A stretch of DNA of 64,000 nucleotides from Candidatus Krumholzibacteriia bacterium (GTDB taxonomy: Bacteria > Krumholzibacteriota > Krumholzibacteriia > LZORAL124-64-63). Positions within the stretch are counted from its first letter, which is position 1. The number at the start of each line of letters is the position of its first letter. Under the pieces are notes generated by a model that was given only the letters and a program-made list of their open reading frames with translations, was not told where the DNA came from and searched no databases. Position numbers and translations under genes: made by a program. This document shows positions 36,442-45,950 of the stretch, in pieces. The stretch spans positions 5,235-69,234 of the forward strand of contig JANTGJ010000002.1 in NCBI GenBank assembly GCA_024762975.1. The letters run 5' to 3'.

Positions 36442-39400
36442 GAGTCGACTCCTGGTTGAAACGAATGCGGAAGCGCAGGTAGGGTCCGTGCGCGGTGTAC
36501 TCGCCGGCCGTCAGATCGTGGTCGACGAAGCCGGCGAAGTTGTAGCCGAGGCTCAGCCAAACGTCCTCGAGCAGGCGGTACCCGCAACTTGCGCCGCTGT
36601 TCCACCTGCCGACCCCCGAGCCCCATCCGTGCAGCCAGTTTGCGTGCACGGCGGCATCCCATCGCCGACGGAAGAATGTGCGAGCCTCCAGCCCGGTGCG
36701 ATCGGTGAAGCTGTCGTAGCGGCGCCCGGAGAGGAACTCGCGCTGATAGCGGGCACCGTACATCCCCGAGATCTGCAGCCAACGGGAGTGCCTCCAGGTC
36801 AGATTCGCGTTCTGGACAATGCGCCAGTTTTCACCGGCAAACACCGCGTCACGAACATCCTGCGTGCGGAAGTTGAATTTCTGGAGCAACAACCAGGGTG
36901 ATTCCTGCGGCCGCCAGGCCCAGCCCAGCCCCAGATCCAGGTGCGTCTGGTGACCGCCGTCGCGACGGTCGTTGCCCTGCAGTTTCAGGCTGGCCAGCAG
37001 TCCCGTCGCCGCGGTGGGCTCGACGAACAAGCCGCCGTACAGGCCCCACTTGTCTTCGTCCCACGAGTTGCGGTACTCGGCGCGCTGATCCCACAGCCAG
37101 CTCTTGCCGCGCCAGGCGGCACCCAGACTGACGGCGGTGAAATCCTCGGACCCGCTCGATGCGGTGGTAGCGAAGGGCGAAGTCGCCGCCGAATCGGAGG
37201 CGGCGCGGCTTCCGTCCGACCACCCGTGATCCAAACCACCGTCGACGCTCCAGGCCTCGTTGATGCGCCAGGTCTGCTTCATTCCCAGATTCGAGAATAC
37301 GCGGCGTCCGGCCTCGGTCATTTCGTCCTGCCGCGAAGTCAGGAACTGGGCCCCGGTCCAGGGTGCGGTCTTCATGCCCAGGCGCAGGCTGCTGCGATCG
37401 GCCGGTTGGCCGTGGACCCATTCCTGGGTGGCGAACAGGGTCTGGTTGCGCAACGCCTCGAATTCCACGCCCAGGGTCGAGCGGGTCGGGAAATCCGGGT
37501 TGTTGTCGTTCGATCCCAACGACTGCTCGCGGCCCGCCTGAAGGCGCAGGCGATGCTGCCAAAGCTGCAACGAAGTCCCCGTCACGAGCTGATTCGAGAT
37601 GTTCTCGTGTCCGCCGGCCAGGGAATCACCCGCGTGACGCAGTCCCAGATTGGTGCGCAGGCGACGGCTCTGCCAGCTCCATTTCATCTCGGCCACACGG
37701 CGTTCGGCTGCTGCGACGAGATTGTCCAGGCGGTACAGGACGACGTCGGTGCGCATGCTCTGGCGCAGGCGCCAGCTACCCTCGGCGCCCAGTTTGCGCG
37801 TGCCGACCTGTCCGCCGCGGATCTGGCCCAGACCGAAGCCCGATTCCAGTTCCCGGAAGTAGGCGCGACCCTGCAGCGTACCGGCGTGTCGCGAGAGTTC
37901 GGACCAGAAGGCCTGGTGTTCGCCCTCCGCATCGGTGTTGGTCCAGGCCGCCTCGGTCTTCCAGCGCGTGGCCGGACCGAGGTCCCAGCGCAGATCCAGA
38001 CCCAGCAGATCGCCGCCGCCGGGACCGGTGTCGCCTTCCCGGATCCCGGTCGCACCGGCCTCGACGGGTCCGCCGCGTGGGCGCACGTGGGCGCGGCCAC
38101 CTACCGAGACGGCGGACTGGTTCTCGTCCCAGGTCTCGTACTCGGCCACGATCCAGCGCGGGTTCAGATCCTGGTCCTGACTGGTGACCGGTTCCTTGAA
38201 ATGGATCGTACCGGCGGCGTAGTCGATCTCATAGTCGATGAATCGTGTCAACGTGCGCTGCGAGTGGACGATTTCGCTGCGGAATCGATCGCGTACCTCG
38301 AGAGTGATCTTCTCCGAATGCGTGACGATCTGCTGTCTGGACAGGCGGTACAGACCGGAAGTGCCGTCACCGCGGATCTCGTCGCGCAGGTAGGCATGGT
38401 GGGTGCGACTGGCAAAGGCGGTGTAGCCCAAATTGCCGCGTTGCAGTTCCGATTTTACGCCGGTCAGGGTGCGCTGGTACCGCGAGAGTTCCGTCACGGT
38501 CAGGCCGGTCTGGAAATCGCCGAACAGGGCATAGAACTGCTCGCGCTCGAGTTTTACGTACAGTTTCTCGGCGCTGGGAGCCTCCTGGCCTTCGGTTACC
38601 GCGTCGGCGTAGACGGTGTAGTAGGCGTCCGGGTCGATGGCGGCGAAAAGGTTCGTTTCAGGCCCCGCGCCCGGTTTGCGACTGTCGTAGGCCATCGTCG
38701 CCAACCAGGTGCCTTTCAGGCGGCCCTTGGCGAAAAAGGCGAGGCGGTTCTCACGATAGAAGCCGTCGTCGCCGTCGGCGGCGCGGAAGGTTTCGAGATT
38801 CCCCGAAACCTGCGCGTATCCCGCGGTGCCTGCGGCCAGACCGACCAGGACCCAGTCGCGATCCTGCGGCTTCAGCCAGACGCGCATCTCTTCCTCGTGA
38901 TCCAGCAGTGGCAGTGTAACGAGAGCCTCGCCGGCCTGGGAAGTGGGCTCGAGTCGCAATCGCGCGATGCCGCCGGCTTCGACCAGGTAGCTCGGCCGTC
39001 GGTCCTGCAATCCCGATAGTGAGCGACGATCCTCGGCATTGCGATCGCGCAGGGCCAGAAAGGGTGCGCCCACGGAGTACTGGCCGACCACGCCCTCACG
39101 TGCGGGGTATCCCTGCGCATCCTTCAATCGTACGGCGATCTCAGGCGGTGTCTTGCCGTCGGCGACCAGGCGCGACAGCGCGGGTACCCACTCGGCATAG
39201 ACGGGAGGACCGGAATAGTGGATCGACCGCTGCTCGCGTTCGACGACCCCACCGGTGCCATCGTACCAGGTGATCTCGAGGGCATTGTCGCCCTCCACCA
39301 GATCGACACCGTTCCAACGGCTCAGGGCCGTGTTCCCATTCGGCGAGACTTCCGTGCCCGCCCAGGCGAGCGGTCCGACCGCCGCTCCGTTCAATCGCAC

Positions 39401-42274
39401 CACTACCTGATCGCCGGGGAGGTGCAGCACGGCGATTTTCAATGTGGGCAACGGAGGCAGATGGCCTTCGGTCGGCCAAAGAATCGAGCGCCCGGGCGAG
39501 GCTGCAGCGAGCCAGGCTGCATCGAATACCGGCGCGGCGGGAGGTAGGTCATCTGTCGAGTTTTCAGCCGAGGGCCAATCTTCTCCCGGTCGCAGACCCT
39601 TCAATTCGAGTTGCTGCCGGTGATGATCCCGGACCGGCTCTTCCGGCAGGACGTGGAGTGTGCGCTCGGACATCACCTGTAGCGACACGCGCCGATTGCG
39701 GGCGCGGCCCTCGACCGTCGAGTTGTCGGCGATCGGTTGCGACGGGCCCATTCCCTGCACGGACATCTGTCCGGGGTCAAGCCCCAGGTGCGCTGCCAGG
39801 TAGTCGCCGACCGCATGCGCACGGGCCAACGAGAGTACCCGGTTGTCCGTGTAGACCGGGTGGGCACCGGGACGAATGCGCTGGCTGTCCGAGTGTCCGG
39901 TGACCTGGATGCTGCTGATTTCCAGGCCCTCGAGTCTTGTCGCCAGCGAATCGATTCGCGCCCGGTCCTCCGCCGACAACTCGGCGCTCAGGGACGGAAA
40001 CTGCGGGTGCAGTACCATCTCGGGTTGCCGGATGTGCCGCGTTTCGGGCACCAGATTGACGATCGTGCGCGCCGGCTCCGTCCGACAATTTCTTTGTTGC
40101 GGGGAGTCGAATACAGCCAACGCCTGCAGTTCGAGACTGGACCGCGTCGAAGTCGAATCGGCGCGGGCTCCGAAATCCAGCCGCTGCGCCCAATCACCCT
40201 GTACGTCTCCCAAACGCCAAACCAGTACGCTGCCGTGATTCTCCGGATCCGCAATGGGCAGCGTGTCCAGGCGGGAGGTCCCGGGCTCGTATCGCACGCC
40301 GTCCGGAAGCAGCGCCGTCAACCGGACGTTGCGCAGGGGCACTCCGGCACCGCCCAGCTCGATTCGGGCCGTCAATCGATCGCGCTCGAGGGTCGTGGCC
40401 AGATCCAATGCGATGTTGCCCTCGGTGGGCGGGCGCAGGTGGACCTCGAAATCCGTCCGCCACACGGTCCCGCCCTGCAGATCCAGTATCCGGGCATAGG
40501 GGTGTTCGGCCTTGTGCGGGTCCGGTGAGCGGGCGCCGGCGGCGTAGCGCGCAGGCAGTGTGGCCAGATCCATCTGGACGACATGGGCTCCCGGGAGGAT
40601 GCCGGACAGGTGGTAGCGGCCCTGGGCGTCCGTCACGGCGAAAGCGCCCGATTCAAGGAGGATTCGTACGCCGGCGATCCCCTGCGTAGCAAGCGTGTCG
40701 GTGCCGGCAGTGGACAACGAATCACCCGGGCACCTCGACGTCGTGACCCTGCCCAGGAGGGTACAGGTCTCGCCGAAGAGATCCGGTACGACCCGAACGC
40801 GTGCGCTGGCGGTCATCGATCGTATCTGTGCCCAGCGCGCCCAGGCCCGATTGACGGCTTCACCCGCGCGTGCGCCCGGTACGACCTCGGTCACGTAGCG
40901 GACCTGGATCTCGTCGCCCGCTGCCAGCTCCGGAACGGTCCATCCCAGAGTGCGGCCGTCAGGCGATACGGAGGGGTCGGCAAAGGCTTCCTCGCCGCGC
41001 CGTGTGGATCCGGATCGATAGCGGAATCCGGCAGGCAGCTCGTCGTAGAGCGTCAGGTCTTCGGCGTCATCGTCACTGCGATTCTGAACCGTGACCAGGT
41101 ACTCGACGAAGTCACCGATGGCCGCCGATGGCTTGGCCGCCGCCTTGGTCACGAAGAGATCGGTGTTCAGCACGTCCAGCGGCACGTCGACCCTCAGCGG
41201 CTCTTCGCCCGAATACAGGAATGGTGCCCCATAGCTGGCTTCGGCATGCAGCTGATAGGGAGAGCCGGGTACATCCCGCAGGGCATCGATCGCCAGCCGG
41301 GATGGAGCCAGATATCCCGGCGGAGCCTCGACCTGCAGGATGTATTCGCCCGGCTGCACTCGTGGGAAGCGGTAGGTGCCGTCGTCGAGATCGTACGAGA
41401 TTCCGCCGTCGTCCAGCAATGAACGGCCGGTCGTGATACTGGCGGGAAAGGCACTCACGCCATCATCGCCCAGGACGCGGGCCGGCAGTCCGGTGGTGGA
41501 TTCCAGCAGCGTGATCCGAGCACCGTCGATGGGTTCGCCGCTGCGCGAGTCGAAGACACGGCACAGTGGATCGAAAACGCCGGTCGCCTCGGCCCGGTCC
41601 GTGGCATCCTGGACATCGACATATTCGGCGCGGATCGGTGCGCCGGGTTCGACGGAGAAAAGACCGTCGCGCGTTTGCATGGCCGTGTTGCGGTCGGACT
41701 GCAGGTATCCGGTGAAGATCCCGCTGGCGGGTTCCGTTTCCAGCAATCTCAACAATTCCCGGTCGCCGTTCGCAGCCTGGAAGACCTCGACCAACACCGT
41801 TTCCCGCACCCCGGCGTCCCGGTTCTGGTCGGCGTCCTCCACACTCAGGAAAACGGCTTCGCCCTGGCGAAAACGATCGCCGGCAACCAACGGTACGGGC
41901 GTTCCCAGATCGATCGGATCGTCGCCCTCGCGGGGGGGCGGCAAGGCCAGCCAGGGACCCTCGGGAAGGCCGCTGGCACTGTAGTCGGTCGGTGCGACGG
42001 GGAAGGCGACGGCGCCGCGGGTGGGGGCCGCGATACGCATCAATTCGAGAACCGCATTCGTGGCCGGCGAGGCGACGGTCAGGGCCACTGTATTGGATAC
42101 GGCGACCCGATCGTCACGGTCACCGGCCGCGAAACTCACTTGGGCGGTATTGACGATGCTGGCTCCGGGCGTTGTCGGCGCAACAACCTGACCGACCGCA
42201 GGGCCTCCCACGAACAGGAGACCCAACAGGAGGATCGGTGTTCCTACCGCAATGCCGAAGCGAGTCGTCAAATC
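36425..42274 (-). CDS. Giant (about 1949 aa) outer-membrane protein with N-terminal DUF11 and Cna-B/carboxypeptidase-regulatory-like surface domains, a central OmpA-like peptidoglycan-binding domain, and a C-terminal predicted beta-barrel of about 900 aa.
   Basis: Likely TTG start at 42272-42274 (GGGCAGG RBS) giving signal peptide MTTRFGIAVGTPILLLGLLFVGGPAVGQ; the longest ORF starts at GTG 42373. DUF11: FVTKAAAKPSAAIGDFVEYLVTVQNRSDDDAEDLTLYDELPAGF. OmpA-like: ISSIQVTGHSDSQRI...NRVLSLARAHAVGDYL...NRRVSLQV. C-terminus ...LRFRIRF is typical of OM beta-barrels. Confidence 0.85.
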   Translation of the reverse strand, partial: DLTTRFGIAVGTPILLLGLLFVGGPAVGQVVAPTTPGASIVNTAQVSFAAGDRDDRVAVSNTVALTVASPATNAVLELMRIAAPTRGAVAFPVAPTDYSASGLPEGPWLALPPPREGDDPIDLGTPVPLVAGDRFRQGEAVFLSVEDADQNRDAGVRETVLVEVFQAANGDRELLRLLETEPASGIFTGYLQSDRNTAMQTRDGLFSVEPGAPIRAEYVDVQDATDRAEATGVFDPLCRVFDSRSGEPIDGARITLLESTTGLPARVLGDDGVSAFPASITTGRSLLDDGGISYDLDDGTYRFPRVQPGEYILQVEAPPGYLAPSRLAIDALRDVPGSPYQLHAEASYGAPFLYSGEEPLRVDVPLDVLNTDLFVTKAAAKPSAAIGDFVEYLVTVQNRSDDDAEDLTLYDELPAGFRYRSGSTRRGEEAFADPSVSPDGRTLGWTVPELAAGDEIQVRYVTEVVPGARAGEAVNRAWARWAQIRSMTASARVRVVPDLFGETCTLLGRVTTSRCPGDSLSTAGTDTLATQGIAGVRILLESGAFAVTDAQGRYHLSGILPGAHVVQMDLATLPARYAAGARSPDPHKAEHPYARILDLQGGTVWRTDFEVHLRPPTEGNIALDLATTLERDRLTARIELGGAGVPLRNVRLTALLPDGVRYEPGTSRLDTLPIADPENHGSVLVWRLGDVQGDWAQRLDFGARADSTSTRSSLELQALAVFDSPQQRNCRTEPARTIVNLVPETRHIRQPEMVLHPQFPSLSAELSAEDRARIDSLATRLEGLEISSIQVTGHSDSQRIRPGAHPVYTDNRVLSLARAHAVGDYLAAHLGLDPGQMSVQGMGPSQPIADNSTVEGRARNRRVSLQVMSERTLHVLPEEPVRDHHRQQLELKGLRPGEDWPSAENSTDDLPPAAPVFDAAWLAAASPGRSILWPTEGHLPPLPTLKIAVLHLPGDQVVVRLNGAAVGPLAWAGTEVSPNGNTALSRWNGVDLVEGDNALEITWYDGTGGVVEREQRSIHYSGPPVYAEWVPALSRLVADGKTPPEIAVRLKDAQGYPAREGVVGQYSVGAPFLALRDRNAEDRRSLSGLQDRRPSYLVEAGGIARLRLEPTSQAGEALVTLPLLDHEEEMRVWLKPQDRDWVLVGLAAGTAGYAQVSGNLETFRAADGDDGFYRENRLAFFAKGRLKGTWLATMAYDSRKPGAGPETNLFAAIDPDAYYTVYADAVTEGQEAPSAEKLYVKLEREQFYALFGDFQTGLTVTELSRYQRTLTGVKSELQRGNLGYTAFASRTHHAYLRDEIRGDGTSGLYRLSRQQIVTHSEKITLEVRDRFRSEIVHSQRTLTRFIDYEIDYAAGTIHFKEPVTSQDQDLNPRWIVAEYETWDENQSAVSVGGRAHVRPRGGPVEAGATGIREGDTGPGGGDLLGLDLRWDLGPATRWKTEAAWTNTDAEGEHQAFWSELSRHAGTLQGRAYFRELESGFGLGQIRGGQVGTRKLGAEGSWRLRQSMRTDVVLYRLDNLVAAAERRVAEMKWSWQSRRLRTNLGLRHAGDSLAGGHENISNQLVTGTSLQLWQHRLRLQAGREQSLGSNDNNPDFPTRSTLGVEFEALRNQTLFATQEWVHGQPADRSSLRLGMKTAPWTGAQFLTSRQDEMTEAGRRVFSNLGMKQTWRINEAWSVDGGLDHGWSDGSRAASDSAATSPFATTASSGSEDFTAVSLGAAWRGKSWLWDQRAEYRNSWDEDKWGLYGGLFVEPTAATGLLASLKLQGNDRRDGGHQTHLDLGLGWAWRPQESPWLLLQKFNFRTQDVRDAVFAGENWRIVQNANLTWRHSRWLQISGMYGARYQREFLSGRRYDSFTDRTGLEARTFFRRRWDAAVHANWLHGWGSGVGRWNSGASCGYRLLEDVWLSLGYNFAGFVDHDLTAGEYTAHGPYLRFRIRFNQESTRAMLH

Positions 42275-42329
42275 ATACCTGCCCAGATCGGAGCCGGTCC
42301 GTCGGGACCGGCTCCGAGTGTTGTCGTTG

Positions 42330-43397
42330 CTACTGGATGAGAACCTGGAAATCGGCCTGCACCGAACCGGCACCGGCCACGGTGCCGAAGTTCACGCGCA
42401 CGTGCGTGACATTCGGGTCGCTGCCGTCGCCGCTGTCGGCCGGGATGTAGGTCCAGGTCGTGCCGCCATCGTTCGAGAACGTGACGCCGGCACCCAGCGG
42501 GTTGGAAATGACCGAGCCGACCACAAAGGCGGTGTTGGCCGGGATCGCATCCGCGACGACCACGTTGTCGGCATCGGCGCCGCCCGTGTTGGCCACGGTC
42601 AGGTTGTAGCCCATGATCGCGCCGGGGATGGCCTTCGGGTTGACCAGGCCGTTGAACGGATCGCTGGCCACGGCCGAGCTTTTCGTCACGGTCAGGGCAG
42701 CGGAGACGACCAGGAACTGGTCCACGGCCGAGAAGCGTCCGTCCTGCGCGGCGTCGGCAGTACCGGCACCATCGGCGAACACAATCTGGACGGTGTTCGG
42801 ATCGTCGGCGATCGCGGCGTCGTCCGCGGCGATGGCTGCGCCCGCAGCGCCCACGCCGCCGCCGGCGGCCGTCTGCACGACCAGGTTGTAGTTGGCGACC
42901 TCGGCATCGGCCGCGGCCAGGGGAATGTCACCGACCACGAAGACCGTGATCGACGTGTCCATCGCCAGTTCGTCCACGTAGGTCTGTGTGTCCGTGGCCG
43001 GCTCGTAGGTCGAGTTGCCGTTGGCGTCGACATAGATGGCAACGCCCGTGGCGTCGAAGTCGTCGGCGGCGTCGGCCAGGCTGCTCAGCGCGTAATCCTG
43101 CACCGTGTTACCGGTGTTGGTAACCGACCAGGTCATGTACATGCCCGTGGCTCCGGGGACTACGTTGACCGAGCCGCCGTCCAGGACCGCTACGGTCAGA
43201 TCGACGCGGTTGTCGACCACGAAGGTGGCCGTGTTACTGGCGATCTGGGTCTGTGCCACGGAGCCGACCGTGAAGTCGACGGTGGCGGTGTTGCCGATGG
43301 TCGTTCCCGAGGGCGTGCCGGTGGCCAGCGCCAGCTGAGCCGAGCCCGCGATCAGGATCGTCATCATCAGAGCGATCAGTTTTGCGTTCCGTTGCAT
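42330..43397 (-). CDS. Secreted DUF11-repeat protein (355 aa).
   Basis: AGGAGG RBS. Signal peptide MQRNAKLIALMMTILIAGSAQLALA. C-terminal DUF11: LTVTKSSAVASDPFNGLVNPKAIPGAIMGYNLTVANTGGADADNVVVADAIP...ends FQVLIQ. Confidence 0.8.
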   Translation of the reverse strand: MQRNAKLIALMMTILIAGSAQLALATGTPSGTTIGNTATVDFTVGSVAQTQIASNTATFVVDNRVDLTVAVLDGGSVNVVPGATGMYMTWSVTNTGNTVQDYALSSLADAADDFDATGVAIYVDANGNSTYEPATDTQTYVDELAMDTSITVFVVGDIPLAAADAEVANYNLVVQTAAGGGVGAAGAAIAADDAAIADDPNTVQIVFADGAGTADAAQDGRFSAVDQFLVVSAALTVTKSSAVASDPFNGLVNPKAIPGAIMGYNLTVANTGGADADNVVVADAIPANTAFVVGSVISNPLGAGVTFSNDGGTTWTYIPADSGDGSDPNVTHVRVNFGTVAGAGSVQADFQVLIQ

Positions 43398-43424
43398 TTC
43401 TGCCTCCTGCAGTTGTGCCCTCTG

Positions 43425-43916
43425 CTATTGCAGCAGGGCGGTGTAAGCCACTGATCCGGTCGCGCCGGGCTGCAGTGGTTCGTCGAACGTCCAGCGGATG
43501 TGCGTGCAGTCCGAAGCCAGGGCGGGACGGTCGCTCCCGTTCGTGGCCGGTACACGCAGGGCGGCCAGCTCCCCGAAGCTGCGGCCGTTGTCGATCGAAT
43601 AGGTGACCCGGGCTCCGGCCGGCGGGGTATCTGCCGATTGGAACTCCATGTGTTTCGGGATGGGATTGGTGATGAAGACGTCCTCAGCCGGTTCCTGACC
43701 GTAGTTGCGGTACTGCAGCGTGAAGATCACCTCATCACCGGGAATGACCTTCGTCGCCAGCAGGCGCCGGGTAACCTGTGTCCCGTCGGCCAGCGTTTCG
43801 TGGGTCTCGATCTCGGCGGTCGAGCTCAGCTCGATCGTGCCGCCATCGAGGCTGTCATCGGCCGCCGCAAGGGCCGGCAGCGCGAGAATCAGTACTGTCC
43901 AGATCAGTTGCTTCAT
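43425..43916 (-). CDS. Secreted single-DUF11-domain protein (163 aa).
   Basis: AGGAGG RBS. ATG at 43914-43916. Signal peptide MKQLIWTVLILALPALAAA. ...GDEVIFTLQYRNYGQEPAEDVFITNPIP...ends YTALLQ. Confidence 0.75.
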   Translation of the reverse strand: MKQLIWTVLILALPALAAADDSLDGGTIELSSTAEIETHETLADGTQVTRRLLATKVIPGDEVIFTLQYRNYGQEPAEDVFITNPIPKHMEFQSADTPPAGARVTYSIDNGRSFGELAALRVPATNGSDRPALASDCTHIRWTFDEPLQPGATGSVAYTALLQ

Positions 43917-43978
43917 CGCGTTTCCTCCTGTTCGGGGTTCCTTCGCAATTTCCTTCAAAGCAATCAATGGCCTCTCCA

Positions 43979-44974
43979 TTATTGAATCCTTACCTGGAAG
44001 GTGATGGTCTGGGGGGACGCCCCGGCAGGTACGTCGCCGAGCGCGACGAACACGGTACTCGTGCTGGTCTCGTCGATGTCGCCCGGGTCGGCGTCCTTGG
44101 TGTCGGTCAGGATGGATCCGTTCAGCGTGAGCGAGGCCGGGATGTAGGTGGTGTGATCGGGGATGGGGTCGGACAGGACGAGGCTGCGCGCAGTGCCCGT
44201 CCCGGTCACCGTCATGCGCAGGGTATAGGTGATGATCGCGCCCGAGACCGGCAGGTCGCCGCCATCGGGGTTCCGCACCGTAGCCGACTTCTCCAGGTCG
44301 ACGGAGACGGTGACGACCTCGTAGGCGCCGGTGACTTCACCGAATCCGCCGCTGCGGCCGATTACGGCGTCAGAACCTCCGTCGCCCGCGCCGTGGATCA
44401 CGGTGCCGGGGGCGCCATAGCCCAGGCTCGATCCGACCGCCAGTTTGCATGAACCCTGTGCTCCGGCCGGGGCCTCGACCGGCATATCGCAGACCAGGAA
44501 CAGGACCAGCGACTGGTCGGCGACGAGTTCGGGATCGTTCACGCCCTGAACATAGAGCTCGTCGCGGCTGGGGTCGAAGCGGCCGTCCGTATCGGTATCG
44601 AGATAGATGCGCAGCGTTTCCGGGTCGAAGTCGTCACCGGCCAATGCGGTCAGGCCGGTCAGGTGGAAAATCTGGCTGCCGTTGCCGGTGTTCAGCAGGC
44701 GGAAGGTCAGGGGCTCGTCGAGATCGCCGACGAAGACGGGCAGCTCGGCCGCGTCCTGCCATTCCACGACGAAGTCGAGCACCTCGTCGACCTGAACGGT
44801 CGACCAGTTGCTTGGCGTCGTGAAATCAACATCGCTTTGCGTGTACGTCATCACTGCCTGACTGATGAGCTCGGTTCCAGCCGGAGTGCCGAGCGCAAAA
44901 GCAGTGGTGCAGTTGAGGCAAAGCATGAGGGTCAAGGCCAGCAGCCTTGCCGGGCGTCTCATGGCAACCAACAT
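43979..44974 (-). CDS. Secreted DUF11-repeat protein (about 330 aa).
   Basis: Signal peptide M(LVAM)RRPARLLALTLMLCLNCTTAFA. Start at 44974 or 44962. C-terminal ...AIITYTLRMTVTGTGTARSLVLSDPIP...ends FQVRIQ. Confidence 0.75.
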   Translation of the reverse strand: MLVAMRRPARLLALTLMLCLNCTTAFALGTPAGTELISQAVMTYTQSDVDFTTPSNWSTVQVDEVLDFVVEWQDAAELPVFVGDLDEPLTFRLLNTGNGSQIFHLTGLTALAGDDFDPETLRIYLDTDTDGRFDPSRDELYVQGVNDPELVADQSLVLFLVCDMPVEAPAGAQGSCKLAVGSSLGYGAPGTVIHGAGDGGSDAVIGRSGGFGEVTGAYEVVTVSVDLEKSATVRNPDGGDLPVSGAIITYTLRMTVTGTGTARSLVLSDPIPDHTTYIPASLTLNGSILTDTKDADPGDIDETSTSTVFVALGDVPAGASPQTITFQVRIQ

Positions 44975-45334
44975 TCTTCTCGCAGGACCGTCCGGGGGAA
45001 GCAGGGCGAGTTCCTCTCCAGTCGCGCTGTGACTGATTCGCTGTCGAATCAAGCGCGATCCGGGCGGCTGTCGTGTCGCGACAGGTCGTCCTTGACCTGC
45101 CTCGTTGTTCCTTGTCAGGTATCGGAATGGCGCGTCGTGGAGTTGATTGAGGCGAATCTGTGATCTTTGGTAAGGCGAAGCCTCGGGGCGGGTAAGGTTC
45201 GCCTTAGCCGAAAGCGAGTGAAGTCACGCCGGGTCGGATCTGGACAAAAGGACCGGAACACGGTTCAATGGCGGCGGTATCAATTCGTCAGGGCTTCCGA
45301 AGGGGGAGCCGTTTCTCCTACCGGGAGTCATGCC

Positions 45335-45946
45335 ATGAAGACCACTACGAAATGGATCCTGCCGGGCGCAGCCCTGTTGCTGCTGATCCCCGCCATTGCA
45401 TCCGCCATCGTCGAAAAGAAGAGCGGTACCGAATATCCCGATACGATCGAGGTCGGTGAAGTGACCGGCAGCGTAAAATTGGTTGCCACGGGCGTCGGCC
45501 TGCGCGAGAAGACCTTCCTGAAGGTGGATGTCTACACGATCGTTTCGTACATGCCCGAGGGGACCGAACTGGGTGAGGATGCGGGTTTGGGCCTGGTGAT
45601 GCTGGACGGGCCGAAGCGTCTGCAGATGGACCTGCGACGCGGCTTCTCGCGCGAAAAGCTGATCAACGCCTTCATCGAGGGGATTGATGCGAACTACGAC
45701 GACACTTCGGCGTTCGATGCGGACCTGGAGACGTTCCAGAACTATTTCACGCGGGATGCGCAGGACCAGGATCGAATCATCTTCGACTACTGTCCCGAGC
45801 GGGGTCTGACCACCGAATTGAACGGTGAAACCGTTGGCACCATCGAGAACAAGAGTTTCGCACAGGCGCTGTGGACCGTGTGGTTCGGTAAGAAACCCGC
45901 GAACAAGGATCTCAAGAAGGCCCTGCTGTCGGAAATCGAAAGCTGA
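45335..45946 (+). CDS. Chalcone-isomerase-like periplasmic protein.
   Basis: Signal peptide MKTTTKWILPGAALLLLIPAIASA. GVGLREKTFLKVDVYTIVSY is typical of the bacterial chalcone-isomerase-like fold. Confidence 0.75.
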   Translation: MKTTTKWILPGAALLLLIPAIASAIVEKKSGTEYPDTIEVGEVTGSVKLVATGVGLREKTFLKVDVYTIVSYMPEGTELGEDAGLGLVMLDGPKRLQMDLRRGFSREKLINAFIEGIDANYDDTSAFDADLETFQNYFTRDAQDQDRIIFDYCPERGLTTELNGETVGTIENKSFAQALWTVWFGKKPANKDLKKALLSEIES

Positions 45947-45950
45947 TTCC

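Noticed and set aside
36941-39019. 692-aa plus-strand ORF and several shorter ones inside 36425-42373.
   Set aside because: Antisense to the giant DUF11/OmpA gene, whose frame has coherent domain architecture. The alternatives are low-complexity.
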